Positions 11,036-24,095 of a stretch of DNA of 35,932 bases are shown here, piece by piece (position 1 is the stretch's first letter; every line of letters starts with the position of its first letter). The notes below the pieces were generated by a model. The model saw only the letters and a list, made by a program, of their open reading frames with translations, did no database searches and was not told the origin of the DNA. Where the stretch lies: NCBI GenBank assembly GCA_030167865.1, contig JALAGF010005167.1, positions 1 to 35,932 of the forward strand, given 5' to 3'. This stretch comes from Craspedostauros australis (lineage: Eukaryota). The position numbers and the translations under genes were made by a program.

Positions 11036-12484
11036 CTAGGCTGCACCGGCGGCAAGATGATGGCGCCACAGACGAAGCGTGATGATCTCCCAGAGTTCAT
11101 CTCTGAGATCATCGGCCTGCTCCTGTTCCTGCTCCTGCTCCAGGGACGGATCTTGGTTGCGATCATGACGTGCTGCGTTTGCTGGTGGCGATGTTGCCAC
11201 CGATACTGCTGCGGATACTGCTTCTGTTGTATTTGCTGTCGAAGGTTCTATGGACGCATCGAAATGAGTAGCAGGCACAAATCTTCGTTCGATGGTCTCA
11301 GCCATTGGGCTATCCAACGATCTCTCAGATTGACGGTGGGCAATACCAACGTCGATGCCGACGCCACTGATGTCCATCTCGTTAGTGCCCTCCCTCATGC
11401 TGCTGTTGCTATAGTCATTGCCATTGCCGGCGACCGCGCCGGGGGCATGAGGATCGGTCGCTCTCGTTGGCACGGAAGCTGCGTTGGCCATGTGCAAGAG
11501 CAGGCGTTCGAGGCATGACTGACTGATGAAGTGGCGGCCGAGGCGGAAGTTAATGTTGGAAAGATTGGCCCACATGATACCGACCAGGGTATCCAGGAAC
11601 CTCCGTTCCGCCCGAGGCAAGGCATCGACGGGTTTTGCCAATTGCTGAGATGTGAATGCGTAGGCTGTGCGATACAGATTGATTGCTGTGACGAGCATCG
11701 ATAGCTCCCATGGAGAAGACGAAGTAACGCACAGGGTGCGAGGAGCAGACCGAGTGGTGTTTCCGTCATGGAATCCTCGGCTCTGCGCGGTACTCGATGA
11801 GTCGCTAGCTTGCACTTGTTGCGGTCGTATCGAATGCTGTTGCTGGTGTTGTTCGCATTGGCGTTGGAATGCCAGCTGTTGTTCGTGATGCTCCAAAGCC
11901 TGTATGTGATGCTGCAGAGCAAGGTTGAACATGATCGCGATTGCTATCTTCGAAAGGTGAGCTGTTTTGCATGAGGAATCCAGCTGGCCAACAGCCTCAC
12001 AGCGATCGGCAACAGACCCGTCATCGGCAGGAGCGGCATTCTGCCCATGGGCCATATTGGTGCAACCTCGGCCACAATCCTGATCTTGGAGAGCCCAGAC
12101 GAGAACGATCACGCTCTGAACTAGTTGATCATTGTCAGGCGAAGCGCCGGCGGTGGCGTTGAAGGCAAGGCCTGTCATCTTGACCATTTTCGACTTCAAC
12201 TGATCGCAGTCGCACGGATCTTGACATCGCTCCTGGTTGCAATTGGACTGTTGCTCCGAGGCTTCGATCATGTGCTTGACGTGGGTGAGCGTGGCGGTGA
12301 AGATGATGTGAGCCTCCGTGAAACGATGCTCCTGAAGAGCAACGGTCCCCTTGTTGGCTTCTGTTACAAGTGTCCGTATACTCCGCACACAACCTGACGC
12401 ATCCACGCAGGTTCGTGTCGAATGGTGGTCGTCAACGTCCATGGTGGCTGATGTTGCGTTGGACTTTGCCGTTCGCTGGTTCAT
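11036..12484 (-). CDS. TPR-like helical-repeat hypothetical protein of diatom type, paralog 1 (~482 aa)
   Basis: Long ORF with probable start MNQRT at 12484. Motifs EANKGTVALQEHRFTEAHIIFTATL, IMFNLALQHHIQAL, AINLYRTA, IMWANLSNINFRLG..SQSCLERL and the C-terminus ELWEIITLRLWRHHLAAGAA* are shared in order with the ORF at 17813-20056. Confidence 0.75.
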   Translation of the reverse strand: MNQRTAKSNATSATMDVDDHHSTRTCVDASGCVRSIRTLVTEANKGTVALQEHRFTEAHIIFTATLTHVKHMIEASEQQSNCNQERCQDPCDCDQLKSKMVKMTGLAFNATAGASPDNDQLVQSVIVLVWALQDQDCGRGCTNMAHGQNAAPADDGSVADRCEAVGQLDSSCKTAHLSKIAIAIMFNLALQHHIQALEHHEQQLAFQRQCEQHQQQHSIRPQQVQASDSSSTAQSRGFHDGNTTRSAPRTLCVTSSSPWELSMLVTAINLYRTAYAFTSQQLAKPVDALPRAERRFLDTLVGIMWANLSNINFRLGRHFISQSCLERLLLHMANAASVPTRATDPHAPGAVAGNGNDYSNSSMREGTNEMDISGVGIDVGIAHRQSERSLDSPMAETIERRFVPATHFDASIEPSTANTTEAVSAAVSVATSPPANAARHDRNQDPSLEQEQEQEQADDLRDELWEIITLRLWRHHLAAGAA

Positions 12485-15400
12485 GTTCGATAGATCAGGG
12501 CAGTCGCAATTCTGCTTCGCATGTGCTGAAGATGTGCTTGTGTAGAAAGAGTGATTTTGGAGTCCGAACCTCTCAGCATTTGGGCTTTTTGTAAAGTCCT
12601 GCACTTGCCACTTGGCAAGCGGATCTGGGCGGCCTTGAGTGATCTCACGATGTCGCCTCGCACGGCCTGTGTTGCGAGTATTAGGACGAGTAGATGTAAT
12701 CGAAATGATCGTGACGGTAGTGAGGCAGTGACGGCAATGACAATGACAATGGTGAGAGTGATGATAACAGCGATTGCTGGTCTCCTGACTGGTAAGTTGA
12801 TCAGCTCGTCTATGCCGGTTTGCTCTCCCCGGAGCTGGCTTGGTTGTGTGTTGTGTGTTGTGTGTTGTTGCTTTGCTGCCTCCAGGATCCACGAGAGTGA
12901 AGGTCCAACACCTTGTTGGGCCTCGCAAGTCAGCGGCACGAGCCCACGCACCAATTCTGCGGCGTTCTCTCGGGCTTTGGCAAACGGAGGTTTTCACCAC
13001 GAATCTGGTTCAGGATGCTGTTGTCTTTGGCAGAAAACAGAGGCTGTCAGCGGAGGTATCCGACAGTGGACACTCCTTGGCGAATGGGCTTGGCTGGGTG
13101 CCTTCCGTGGCGACGGTCGCGACTGGCAAGCCCGGAGGTGACCAGGCCTGTCGCATTCGTGTTCGTTGTACCTCGGAGTTCGCGATGGCCGCTGCGATGG
13201 GCAGCCATTGCTTGATCGACTTACCTGAGTTGGTTGTTGCTGGTACCGTCGCTGGTTTGGTTGTTGCCGCTGATTGTGTTGGTCTTGTTTGCTGCGGATG
13301 TGTTGCTTGTTGTGAATGTTGACAAACAAGTATCGTGATCATGGCATGTCGGGATTCTATGTTTTCGATTTGTGTTGTCTTGGCCCATCTGGTGCTGACG
13401 AGTGGTTTGGAGACAATTGTTGTCTCACTTCGCCTTCTTTCACACAATTTTCGTTCTTGGGTGGGGATGGTGCTTTTGCTCCATTCCGTTCCTCACTCCG
13501 TCGTAGGACGCTACGAAGTCACAAAACATTGGCGCGAAGCGCATGCAGGCAATGACATACTACTACATGCACAGCTGGGAGCACAAGCAGCCCACGTTGA
13601 GTAAGTGTATACTCGTATCGCAACAGCCAGTCAACATTGAGCAAACCTCCTCTTGTGGGGCACTCGTATGTGCTGTGGAGTTGAGTAGCTCGTAGCAACG
13701 CCCCATCCCGGATGTGCTGCTACGTGGTTCAGAGAATTTTGTTTCCCGCGCTGATGGGCCGTTCAGTTCCTACTATGATCTCCACAAAGAGTAAAGTACC
13801 GCGTAGAGACCTACACACCAACATGCTATTATAAACGAGGAGGGGATGCGTGCAGCCGCCATTTTCGTTTGTTGTTACACATCGCCACTTCCCATGATTG
13901 CATCACGTGTGTGCCACACAAGCCACGATGGGGAGGTGGTCCACGCTCAGCAGATGGAGAACACGGGTCTTGCCGAACTATCGGAAAGGGCCCAAATACT
14001 CAGTGCGCCAAAGACATCTTGGACATCACAGACACCGTTGTTAAGGCCATCTGTTGTTGAAATTCCAATGTCGGCAGAACTGCCCTCTCTTCATGTTCAA
14101 TCCATCGGATAAGTGCTTCGCAAAAACACGAACAAGCCCTTCTGCCCACCCAACCAAACAATGACCTTCTCACTTGTCCATAAATTTTAAACCAGAGACA
14201 GGAAAGCGCATGTTTCCAGTACCACAAGCACGTAGACTACGATCTTGGCTCTGAGCACGCTAGAAGCTGCAAATCATGGGAGATACGGGTAACTCTGAGC
14301 ATTGCTAGGTATTATACGAAAATCTATGAATGCGCAATACTCTTGAGCTCCAATAGGATTTCAGCAGCCAAATGGGACAAAGGGCTCCAGCACGAGTATC
14401 GCGGCATTTGGAGTTGGAGAGCTTGGATTGTGGAATTGTGATGGTCGGCAATGGTGCCGTGTCGTTCGGCGTTGGTCGTTAGTAGACCTTCGCGTGCAAG
14501 CTCGATGTGAGCCAAGTAACAGAGTGTGGTGCAGTTCTTGGTTCAACCTGCGTCAGCGAGATGTACGCATGGAGATTGCAAGGTAGAATAGCCGAGCGTT
14601 TAGTATGCGAGCTAATTGAACGCTTCCGTCCTCATCCATTCCTTCCTCCCAGGACGCGACGTCGATGAGGTCTTGATGTGCGCCCGCATAGCACAACATG
14701 CCACATGGCAGAAGGAGTCACTAACTTGTGAAGATCTTGCCGTGGTGGACTGTCGCCCAGATATCATATTGGAGCTTGTGGCGACCCGGGCCGCAGATGA
14801 AGGCGCTGCGCATGCCATGGCTGCATCTGCGACCGAATTGCTCCTGCATCAGGCATAGCGCAAGCCTTCGCCACGTGCATATTGCGAGCGAATCGGAAGC
14901 CAAGCACGTCAGTGCGTTTGGTTTGGTTCAACTCGTTTGGGTTTGGCGCATTGGTTTCGGTGTCAACGAACTGTCCTGAGCAGTCCAGGTACGAGTATGT
15001 ACGCGTATGTACAGCCAAGCCAAACTCAACGACTTGGCCCCAATCGCAAGGTGGCGTGCACACCTACTGTTGGGTGGCCCATTCATGTATGCCGAAGTTT
15101 GTGGGGACCTCACGATGATCCGTTGGAATCAATCGCATGGGCGAAAGATGCCAATGATAGCCGGGCAAAATTGGGCTGACGATCAGGTTCATGAGAGATC
15201 GGATGGGTTGTTGGTCGCATGGGCGCATGCACGTATGAATGGGCGGTGAACAGCGCATGACTGAGACGGATCGCAAGTTGCGAGTTCTGTGACCTTGATG
15301 CATCCATCAGGATGGTCGGGACCGTGGATGGACAGTCATGGCGACCATTTTCGTTGTGATGACCGCTTCCTAGCGAGGATCAGGCTTGTTGTTGTGTCCA

Positions 15401-17812
15401 CAGGTCAGCAAATAACGATTAGTTTGCGTTGCTTCCACGGAGTGCGCTGCCATACCTCTGTCACCACCAGCGACATCACGCCAAATCCATCACCACCCTC
15501 ATCAGATCTCTCTTGCCCATTCGGAGAAGTGGTGGAGGGCTGGAAGCAATCTTCCACGCAGCAAGCCTGATGAATGCGAGCATGAATACTCGTCGCTCTC
15601 ATCTGAACTCGAACTTATGCATGGTAACTCATCAATGCAGGCTCTGGACCGGATGGTGTTTCCCTTCGCGACGGCTGAACCACAATGGACATTTCAATAC
15701 GGAGACTTGTTGTCCACGTCCAATGTGACTTTCACCCATGCCTTCATTCTTCATCCCATCTCGTTGATTGCTTAGCCGATCGTATGATCATTTGATCAAC
15801 CCATCGTTTGAGAGATGCGTTGGCTGCTTCCACTGCTGTCGATGGCGCCGATGGCCCTGCATGCTTCTACTGATGCTGTCGCCGGTGTTTGCATTCGCCC
15901 ACCAAAGCACACCTGACTTCTCTGTTTTCGCTGCGGCCAATCGACTGCGCCGAGTTTCGTGCACCTGATCATGAGCATGTCCAACGTCACTCTCCGCGTG
16001 CCCGTTTCTGTTGTTGTCATTGTCTCTGCCACAATCGAATCAAAGCCACTGTGTGCCATCACTGTCACCGCAATCCGCGACGCCAAGATCGCAATGTATC
16101 GTTCGCGTACGAAAGGCAACACTTCACCTCCAGCCCACGATCAGAAGAGGATGTTAGTTCCTGCGCCATTCCGAATGACGCAGGAGTGCCACCAAGAACA
16201 CCACAAAGCCTATCTGAAGGTCGTGTTCAACCCTGCGCTTCATTGTCCAGTCTTCCGTTTGCTTCCACATGTATCCCTGGTCACCTGAGTGCTTCGCCGT
16301 GCTTCCAAGCGCGTCGGAGTCGTCATCCTTCGTCGGTCCTTTCGTCTCTCGTGGTGTCAAATGGATCACACATCTTGGAACGACTTCGACGTCGCTGCTA
16401 CGACTATGTTTATCCTCCTTGCATGAAGTTGTACCGATTTTTCGGTGCTGTCATTCTTGCCGACCCGCTGTCTTGGTTCTTTCGTGTTGATGTTTGTGTC
16501 TTTTCCCATCAAGATCTTCATTTTGTGAGGAGTTCTCGACGCGGGTCACAAGGCAAGACAACCACCATTGCGACACTTCCTTTCAGGCGTATCGCCAGAT
16601 TAGATGTTGGGATGAGGGAGCACGGAACGCAGCCCGCCGCCGCCTTGAAAAACATTTGGGGACTTTCTTGGGGATGCAGCACCAGATGTCGCTGGTCATG
16701 GTATGTCTTGTTTCTCACACCACACAAGATCACAAGTTCGTCAAACAGAGAAATATCTCCCTTGGCGTCGAGCCGGCTTATTTTCCCACCAACACCCGAA
16801 TCAAAGCGCTCGATGGTTGAATTTGAATCGCATCTGCAGCAGATCGCCTGCAGAGTTACCGGTTGCCCAAATCCCCACATCTCACATTCGTCATGATGCA
16901 TCTGCTGTTGCGCAGCTGCACAGAACACCAAAACCGAAATAGTAGCCGCCAAAACAAGGCGACGTGCGCCAACGCGCATTCGTCAGGCCCAGTCCTTTGG
17001 GGCCATTCGTGCTGGTATTGCACAATAATACCAGGGACAAACTACTCGTACGCCCAGAGGAGCGGATCAAGAGGCCCATCCGTTGGATCTGGAATTCCAT
17101 GTCCGTCATACCATACTCCGAGCGCTCTGTTCCGTGCACTGGCCGGCCGCGTGCCCATGCAAGGATTCGACTGGCTGTTGCTGATATGCATCATAGTCTA
17201 TTGTATTATATAAGATGTTCTGCATCCACACGCAATGTGTATTCTACGCTCTCTCTCTCTCTTCCTGAAGCAGGCCGCACATGCTGAGGCAACGGCCAGG
17301 GCATCCCGCTTCACCCGGTCACCAACACTGACACTCCGTCGCTGGAGTCCACGTGGGCAGGGCGAAACACTTTGCCCAGCTGGCACGTCGGATGAACCAA
17401 AGTAGTCTCGGGTTTCTGATTGACACCGATGTTCGTCCTGTACTCGTTGTGTGGAAGTGGGAGGTCGTGGTAGAGACCAAGACTGGTCAGCCACAGAACC
17501 TTGACCACCATGGGTCGGTCTTGTTTCTTCGCAACAGCCGATGGAGAGGGGTAGAGCGTGCTGAATTTCCACTCGCACTTCCGCTTCCATTAGCATTGCA
17601 TTCGCCTGAGCATTTGCAGGAAGAGGAAGGACTGAAGTGATGTGGAGATTTCGTTGAAATTTGTTACCAAGACACACTTCCTTTCACCCCTCCTCTTTCC
17701 ACTACGCGTCTACCTGCATGCCTGCCGTTGACTTTGTTGCTGTTGGCACCGTTCATGGTATTGTACGTGTATTGTAGGCACTTGCGTAGATGACACACTT
17801 GAAGCTGAGTGT

Positions 17813-20056
17813 TCATGCCGTTGGTGCAGAGGACAAGCTGTGCTTCCAGAGTAGTTCGGTGATGTTGATCCAGAACAGCTCCTCCTGTTCTTCCATGCGT
17901 GCTTGTGCTCCGATTGCCATGCTTTCTCCAACATCTGCGGCTGAGTCGACATCAGCTCCAACGCTCGCATGTGCTGGACAGATGCGTTGTCTTTTGGACA
18001 TGGTGGGTGTGTCTTGGTCAGCCTCCACGTCAACCGAGCCATGTTCAACTTCGCGATGAGCATCCTCTTGACTGTAGTCATGGCCTTGGCCATGGTCATG
18101 GCTTCCAGCCATTGCCTCGCTCTTTCCTCCGAAGCTCTCCGTGTTTGCCTGTGTCGCTGTGCGGCAGCGACGATGCCCAGCGAGACTATCCTTGGCGTGC
18201 ACTGTGCGACAGAAGATGCTAGCGCTCGCAGACTTCTTTTCGTTCAATGTCTCCGATAAGGCGAGGTTGACGAAGAGCCGGTTGAGGCAGCTTTCTGCCT
18301 GATCGCTGTCGCCCAGAGTCAGATGGAGGATGGCAAGGTTGTTCATCACGATGCTGCTGATTCCTAATCGTTGCTCGTCGTAGAGCTCTTGCGCCATCTG
18401 TACTGTGTGCGCTGTGGCCGTGGTATGTACGCGCGGGTTCGACACAACGCCAGCCAAAGTCGTGGTCGTCGTTGCTGTAAGCGTTGACGTTGTTGCGAAG
18501 GTGTCATGAAGTGAAGGCGGTTGGTCACGATGGGTCGTGCCAAGTTCGTGGTATGGCAGCGCTTGGTCATATTCCTGAAGGCTGGTTGCCGAAGTCAGCC
18601 GCGTTGCAGCCGTTGTGGCCGTTGTTGGCATTGAGGCGTATGGTGGCGATACCTGATCCAGCTGCGGCTGTTCTTGGGGTCCGACGCTGTGCGAATGGCA
18701 CGAGGCAAAGCTATGGATGCTCTGCTGGTACAGTGCGCTGGCCTTGAGGAGGAGATTCAGCTTCTCCTTCTGGATCTGCTTGTGCGCGTTGTCAGCTTCG
18801 TGGTCCTGATCTGACTGATCGACAACGGGAAGTTGGGGAACTGGATTTGGAGAAGAGTACGAAGGATCCGTGTCTCCACTTGAGCCGGCAGTGACTGTAC
18901 CCGCGCCTGCGTGCGTAGGCGATGCAGCCGAGTTCTGCTGCTGCCGCTGCTGTTGCCGTTCGTCACAGTTCAGCGCTGGTTGAAGTGCCTGAACATGATG
19001 CAAGAGAGCAAGATTGTACAGCAAGACCTGGAAGATCAGGTCTATATTTCGGTGATGCTGCTGTTCTTGCTGCGCAGAAGATAGGGTGAGTCGTGCTGCA
19101 CCATCACCGACAGTTGATCCGCTCTCGAAGGCGCAGTCCAAGGATCGGCGCCGACCTCCATCCCGATGCAAGGTCTGATCGCGATGCTGGATACCGTGGG
19201 GCGGACCGGATTGCTGGCACGGTATAGCACAGGCGCACGTTCGATGGTCGATGCCATTTGCTTCTCGAAGTGGCACGAGGTCAGCGCAGAAGTGCTGTCC
19301 GATCTTGGTGTCGCCCGCGCTGCACGAGCAGGGGCAGCAGGAATGGTAGACGTCAGGGCAGCACAAAGCCCTGGGCGTCAGGCCAAGCACCTGGAAGCAA
19401 GTTCTGTGGTTGATCCCATCGGAGGGGAAGAACTGACCATTCTGCACATCGTGGGCATGCACCTCGATTGCCGTCAGATGATCGTCGAGGCGCGTTTCTC
19501 CGCCGAGCATCGTGCGCGCGCATTCGCAGTCTGGAGGCGGTTGGGACATGAGCATCGAGGCATCGCTGACACTACAAGTGTTGCGTTGCAACGCCACGAG
19601 CGCCGATGCATAGTGGTGGAGAGCACCTTCGTAGTTGCCGTCAACGAAGGCACGGGATCCTTGGTTGAGGAGGTTGAGCAAGGACATCGTGGGCTGATTC
19701 TGACTCTGCTGCTGGAATATGAGAAGGCTCGGGTCCTTGCAGCGGCCGGGTTGGGATCGTTGTCGTTGATGATAATCCGATTGTTGCTGTGGCTGTTGCT
19801 GTGGCTGGTGTTGGTGTTGTGCGGTTGCAGCTGCTGCCGTGGGCATTGTGGTTGTTGCTATCTCCGAAGTGCGAAGTTCGTGAGGTTGCGGTGCTTCCTG
19901 AGCATGTGTATTTCCATCCCCGCCAGAAGGAATCGCCGCGAGTGGTTCACAAGCCCCGCTCTCGTCGCAGCAGTCGCCACAACGCTGATCTGGTCCATTT
20001 TGACATTGACACCGGCGTTGGTCGCGAGGGTCCTGTTGGGACTGATGTCTGCGCAT
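17813..20056 (-). CDS. TPR-like helical-repeat hypothetical protein of diatom type, paralog 2 (up to 747 aa; alternative start at 19687)
   Basis: 747-codon ORF with motifs LNQGSRAFVDGNYEGALHHYASAL, LLYNLALLHHVQAL, KASALYQQS, IVMNNLAILHLTLGD..AESCLNRL and C-terminus ELFWINITELLWKHSLSSAPTA*. Q/T/H-rich spacers separate the motifs. Confidence 0.8.
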   Translation of the reverse strand: MRRHQSQQDPRDQRRCQCQNGPDQRCGDCCDESGACEPLAAIPSGGDGNTHAQEAPQPHELRTSEIATTTMPTAAAATAQHQHQPQQQPQQQSDYHQRQRSQPGRCKDPSLLIFQQQSQNQPTMSLLNLLNQGSRAFVDGNYEGALHHYASALVALQRNTCSVSDASMLMSQPPPDCECARTMLGGETRLDDHLTAIEVHAHDVQNGQFFPSDGINHRTCFQVLGLTPRALCCPDVYHSCCPCSCSAGDTKIGQHFCADLVPLREANGIDHRTCACAIPCQQSGPPHGIQHRDQTLHRDGGRRRSLDCAFESGSTVGDGAARLTLSSAQQEQQHHRNIDLIFQVLLYNLALLHHVQALQPALNCDERQQQRQQQNSAASPTHAGAGTVTAGSSGDTDPSYSSPNPVPQLPVVDQSDQDHEADNAHKQIQKEKLNLLLKASALYQQSIHSFASCHSHSVGPQEQPQLDQVSPPYASMPTTATTAATRLTSATSLQEYDQALPYHELGTTHRDQPPSLHDTFATTSTLTATTTTTLAGVVSNPRVHTTATAHTVQMAQELYDEQRLGISSIVMNNLAILHLTLGDSDQAESCLNRLFVNLALSETLNEKKSASASIFCRTVHAKDSLAGHRRCRTATQANTESFGGKSEAMAGSHDHGQGHDYSQEDAHREVEHGSVDVEADQDTPTMSKRQRICPAHASVGADVDSAADVGESMAIGAQARMEEQEELFWINITELLWKHSLSSAPTA

Positions 20057-22281
20057 CCTCTCGTAGCAATGGTAAGAGTGTTACTGTAGTAGTACAGGCG
20101 ACTCGTATGCTGCCTGCGTGGAAGAACACACGGGACCGTCTGCTTGTTGATGTCTGCCTCGGGTAGTCGCCCTGGTACGCGTATGTCCTTGCGAGCACTG
20201 TACTGTCTTGGTATGTACTCGTACGAGCTACGTTTGCATCCCAATACAGCTGCCAACCTTCTCACGATCGATGGTCTACTGTCAGGTATTACACGAGAAT
20301 ATCCTCATACATGCGTCTTGCGTCCTATTCTGCTGTATTTCTCTTCGTGTTCGAGTATACTCTGTTGCGCCGTGTTGAGTTGTAGTCTCTGGCTTGCCGG
20401 CTGTGCTTCTCTGCTCTGCTTTGTTGTTCTTTCCTCTCTTTTGCCGCGCAAGGATTCTCTTTCGATTGTTTCTTGGTGTGCGTTTCCACTCCGCGCCTGG
20501 TTCGTTGTGCTCAGCACAACAAGTTCCAGTGATTGCGGCGCTGGCGGCGCGGTTGTTACCACAGATGCATGGAACACAGCCGTACCACTCGTAGTAGTAC
20601 TCGCGAAGCACACCCACGTCCCGCGAGGGTACCCACGACACAGTCAGCCATCTTCCTGCGAAACATGACAGCTGTCCAACCACCCCCAGGCGCACCCGGA
20701 GCCCCTCAGTCGCGATTTAATGCTCTTCTTGGTCTCGCATCACTGAGCACCAAACCAAAAAGGCACAACGTTGACAAATGTCACCGACCATGGTTGGTAC
20801 GAGCGTGTAGGACTACTACTACAAGGCCACAATGGGAACAACAGGCTGTATGTGTGCTTGTGGCGAGGACGTAAAATCCCAATGCCACAATGCCACACAA
20901 CACAGAAACATGACCAGATGCTTTCTGTTCATTCCTCCTCTCTTGTTCCCTACTCGCAGGTGCAGAAAGCGCAGTGATGATCGACTGTGACTGCGACACA
21001 CAATGGTGCACAACGAAATATTCTCAAACCTTTCGCTGCGTATCCGCAACGGCGGAGAGAGAGAGAGAGGGAGAACCCATCATTCCCATCGTCGATGGGT
21101 TTCATTCCATGCCACCAGTTGGTTCTGCACTGAGTTCATTCCACTCCTAAGGCGATTGTTGTCATCCCATACATACTATTCTTCGTTTCATATTATGGTA
21201 AGCATTCATTACGGATAACCCCTCTGACAGCTCATTACGTCGCACTCTCGGCAATTGTATTGTTCTCTCTCCAAAGAGAATGTTCCATGTCCCGAGGCTC
21301 TCCCCACCACCGTTCATCGATCCTAATGACAGCAACAACTGTGTGACCCTTTCGCTCATTTACACAATGTGATATCGATCGTATGGAACAATACTCAATC
21401 TGTGTTCTCCAATCCATACCACACGTACGTGGATGGGACGTGCAAGCGTACCCACATCCCACAATACGGGTCGAACTGCGAGCGATGATTCTCTGCAAAG
21501 CAAAGCGCAGCAACTCTTTGCAAATACGACGCCTTCTCGTCATCGCTATGAGGTCGTCAAAATCGGTTCGTCTCCTGTTGCGTTGCCATCCTCTTCGACA
21601 GCAGCGTGGGTGTCGTGTCTTGTGCCATCTCATCCATCCTGCGGCTGTGGTGCCGCAATCCAGCGATGGCCAATGAGTGACAACGTATGCGTAGGGGATC
21701 GTTGTCTCCCGTTCACGGGGACGACCGGACCATCATCGGGGCACGGCGTGTGCTCCAATTGCACGAGTACTAGCTACCCTATTGCAAAAGTGCTCTTGCT
21801 CTGGAGCACAACGCCCCCATTTCGTACTGATGCAACGGAGCTCTCAATGCGTGAGCGCCATGATAGCTGGTGCGGTCACAGGGTCTAATGCGACGTCCTG
21901 GTCATCGCCCATACCATGATCGTACATGTGCGAAGGCTCTCGATGCCTCCTCTCCCCTCCATTCAAAGTGTTGTTGTGTGAGAACAGATGCCTCGCCGGG
22001 ACCGCGCAACCCATATATACGCGCTATATATATGTAGGTGTTGGGGAGGGCAGTATTGTCCATCGCTTTCACGTCGCCGTTTTTCGGCACCAAACCGAGG
22101 TCTCGGAGGTACCACAATGCCATTCTACGTGTCTGTCTGCCCTGAATGTGGCGCACAAAGGAAGAGTGGATTGTGCTGGTGGTCGTGTTGATCCGAGTCT
22201 GGTGGCTCCTCATCAGCGCCAGGCTTGGTGCGGAAGGTTCTCGACAGAGTACGAGAACGTTGATTCACAACCGCCAGCGTT

Positions 22282-22300
22282 TCTCTCTCTCTCTCTCTCT
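22282..22300. repeat. (TC)n microsatellite
   Basis: tctctctctctctctctct. Confidence 0.9.
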
Positions 22301-24069
22301 GCGCAGTATCGCTGGTTGTGGCGACTCCTTGTCCAGCAGAGCGTTGTTCGCAGACGTTCCGTCAAGATGCCAACGAGCCGTGGATGTATCGACCGATAGC
22401 CTGGATCCGTTCATCCACTTGCCTCTTTCGGGCTCTCGCTGTCTCTGTCTCTCTCTCTCCCATACTCTCTGGCTCGTGCTCTTTGTTTGGAGCCTCGGGT
22501 GTTGTGGTGGAACTGGTGGAACTGGTGGAACTCTCGAACCGCTTACGTCCCTGCTTGTTCTTTTGGAACAATTTCTGCATCTCTTGTTGCGCACGCCAAC
22601 ACCAAGAATAATTCACGCACAAGCGGGAAACAACACTGCCATGTGTTTCGTTCCAGTCATGCATCCTCATACTTGTTGCGATTTGGAAGATATCCGCCCG
22701 TCCGACAATCCTGCGCGGGTCCCGATTCGATTTTGCGGATGCGCCACAAGCGCCACCTTGGTCATTGTCAGGCGAAGCTCCGGGTATCAACTCTCTCACC
22801 GTGACTTTGACGGTGCATCATCTCGTTGGTCTGGCTCTCGATGCCACATCATTTCGTTTCAATGTGCGAGACTCAACGGGGCTCCCCAGTTGAGAAACTG
22901 AGACTGCCACATGCGGTTTGCTGTTCGGACCCGCCACATTGATGAATTGAATCGAGGCACCGAAACGGCTTCTCGAGGAGAGCAACAACGGTGACGATCT
23001 AACCTCAGAGATCAAGGCAGTGGATGGAGGTTGCTTCTTCGTACTCAGAGACGCTCGTGGCACGAGACTTTGATCGCTCAGATCCATCAGCTTCATCAAG
23101 TGCACAGATGTACGGATTGGCTGGTGATTGCCACGACAACGACGCCTGGGCAGGTTCACCTGTGATCTTGTTTCATTTGCTCTGACTTTCTTCTTGCCGT
23201 CTTTCATCGGTCCCACCGTACCACTCATAATCGATGAACACAACGACAGGCTGATGAGCCCACTTGCGGTGTACTCTACGCAAGACGACCGCGGCAGAGG
23301 TGTTGATGATGCGCATGACAGCACTCCTCCTGTATCCAAACATGTACGAATACAGAGACACGGAGATCCGTATTGATTAGCCCATCATCATCATTATCTT
23401 ATCATCGCAATACACTGCAAAGCAATGCAACGCAATTGCTCAAGGCCAAATGAGGCAATGCATCCGCAAAATATATAAAGCAAGCAAACAAACACACAAC
23501 TTTGCGCGAGGGTCGGGCGAAGATCCCGGTGCAGTGTCTCAAGGCAAAGAAAGGATTGAAATGCGTCTGCGGCATCAATCCATCGCACGAAGACTCGTCG
23601 TGAAAACAAGTGCCTGTTGGCAGCCTGCATGCTGATCACAAGAGCACCCCCTTTGCACATTCGTCACGGCAAGAGTTTGGCAATCTCGTGAGATTGGACA
23701 ACGAGCGCATCCAGTCCAACGAGCGCAGCATGGCACAGATTGTACTCCGCAATTAATTCCTCACTGAGGACAGTCGATCGATCATCAGTCCGAAGTCCTC
23801 TCTCAAGAGAGTATGGTCCAGTGTCCCCAAGAAGGCAACGACGGACTTGATGGCGATCAGATGCTCCCGCACAATCGGGAAGAGCAACGCCTACGACAGT
23901 ACTCGTCACTGTCCACCTGCATGGTGTTCAATCAACAGAATTGCACACACGACGTATCTGCCAAGAACTCACTGTCAATGTGCGATGCAGAGTTGTCAAA
24001 GTTCATGTTATCTGATATAATAAATTGCACTGTACTAATATATTAGTATGCCATACACAACGACTCTCC

Positions 24070-24095
24070 AGAGAGAGAGAGAGAGAGAGAGAGAG
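24070..24095. repeat. (AG)13 microsatellite
   Basis: agagagagagagagagagagagagag. Confidence 0.95.

Noticed and set aside
12485-13000. Upstream 172 codons of the 654-aa ORF
   Set aside because: GTG start and low-complexity, UTR-like AC-rich sequence. The first in-frame ATG is at 12484, though an upstream exon cannot be excluded.
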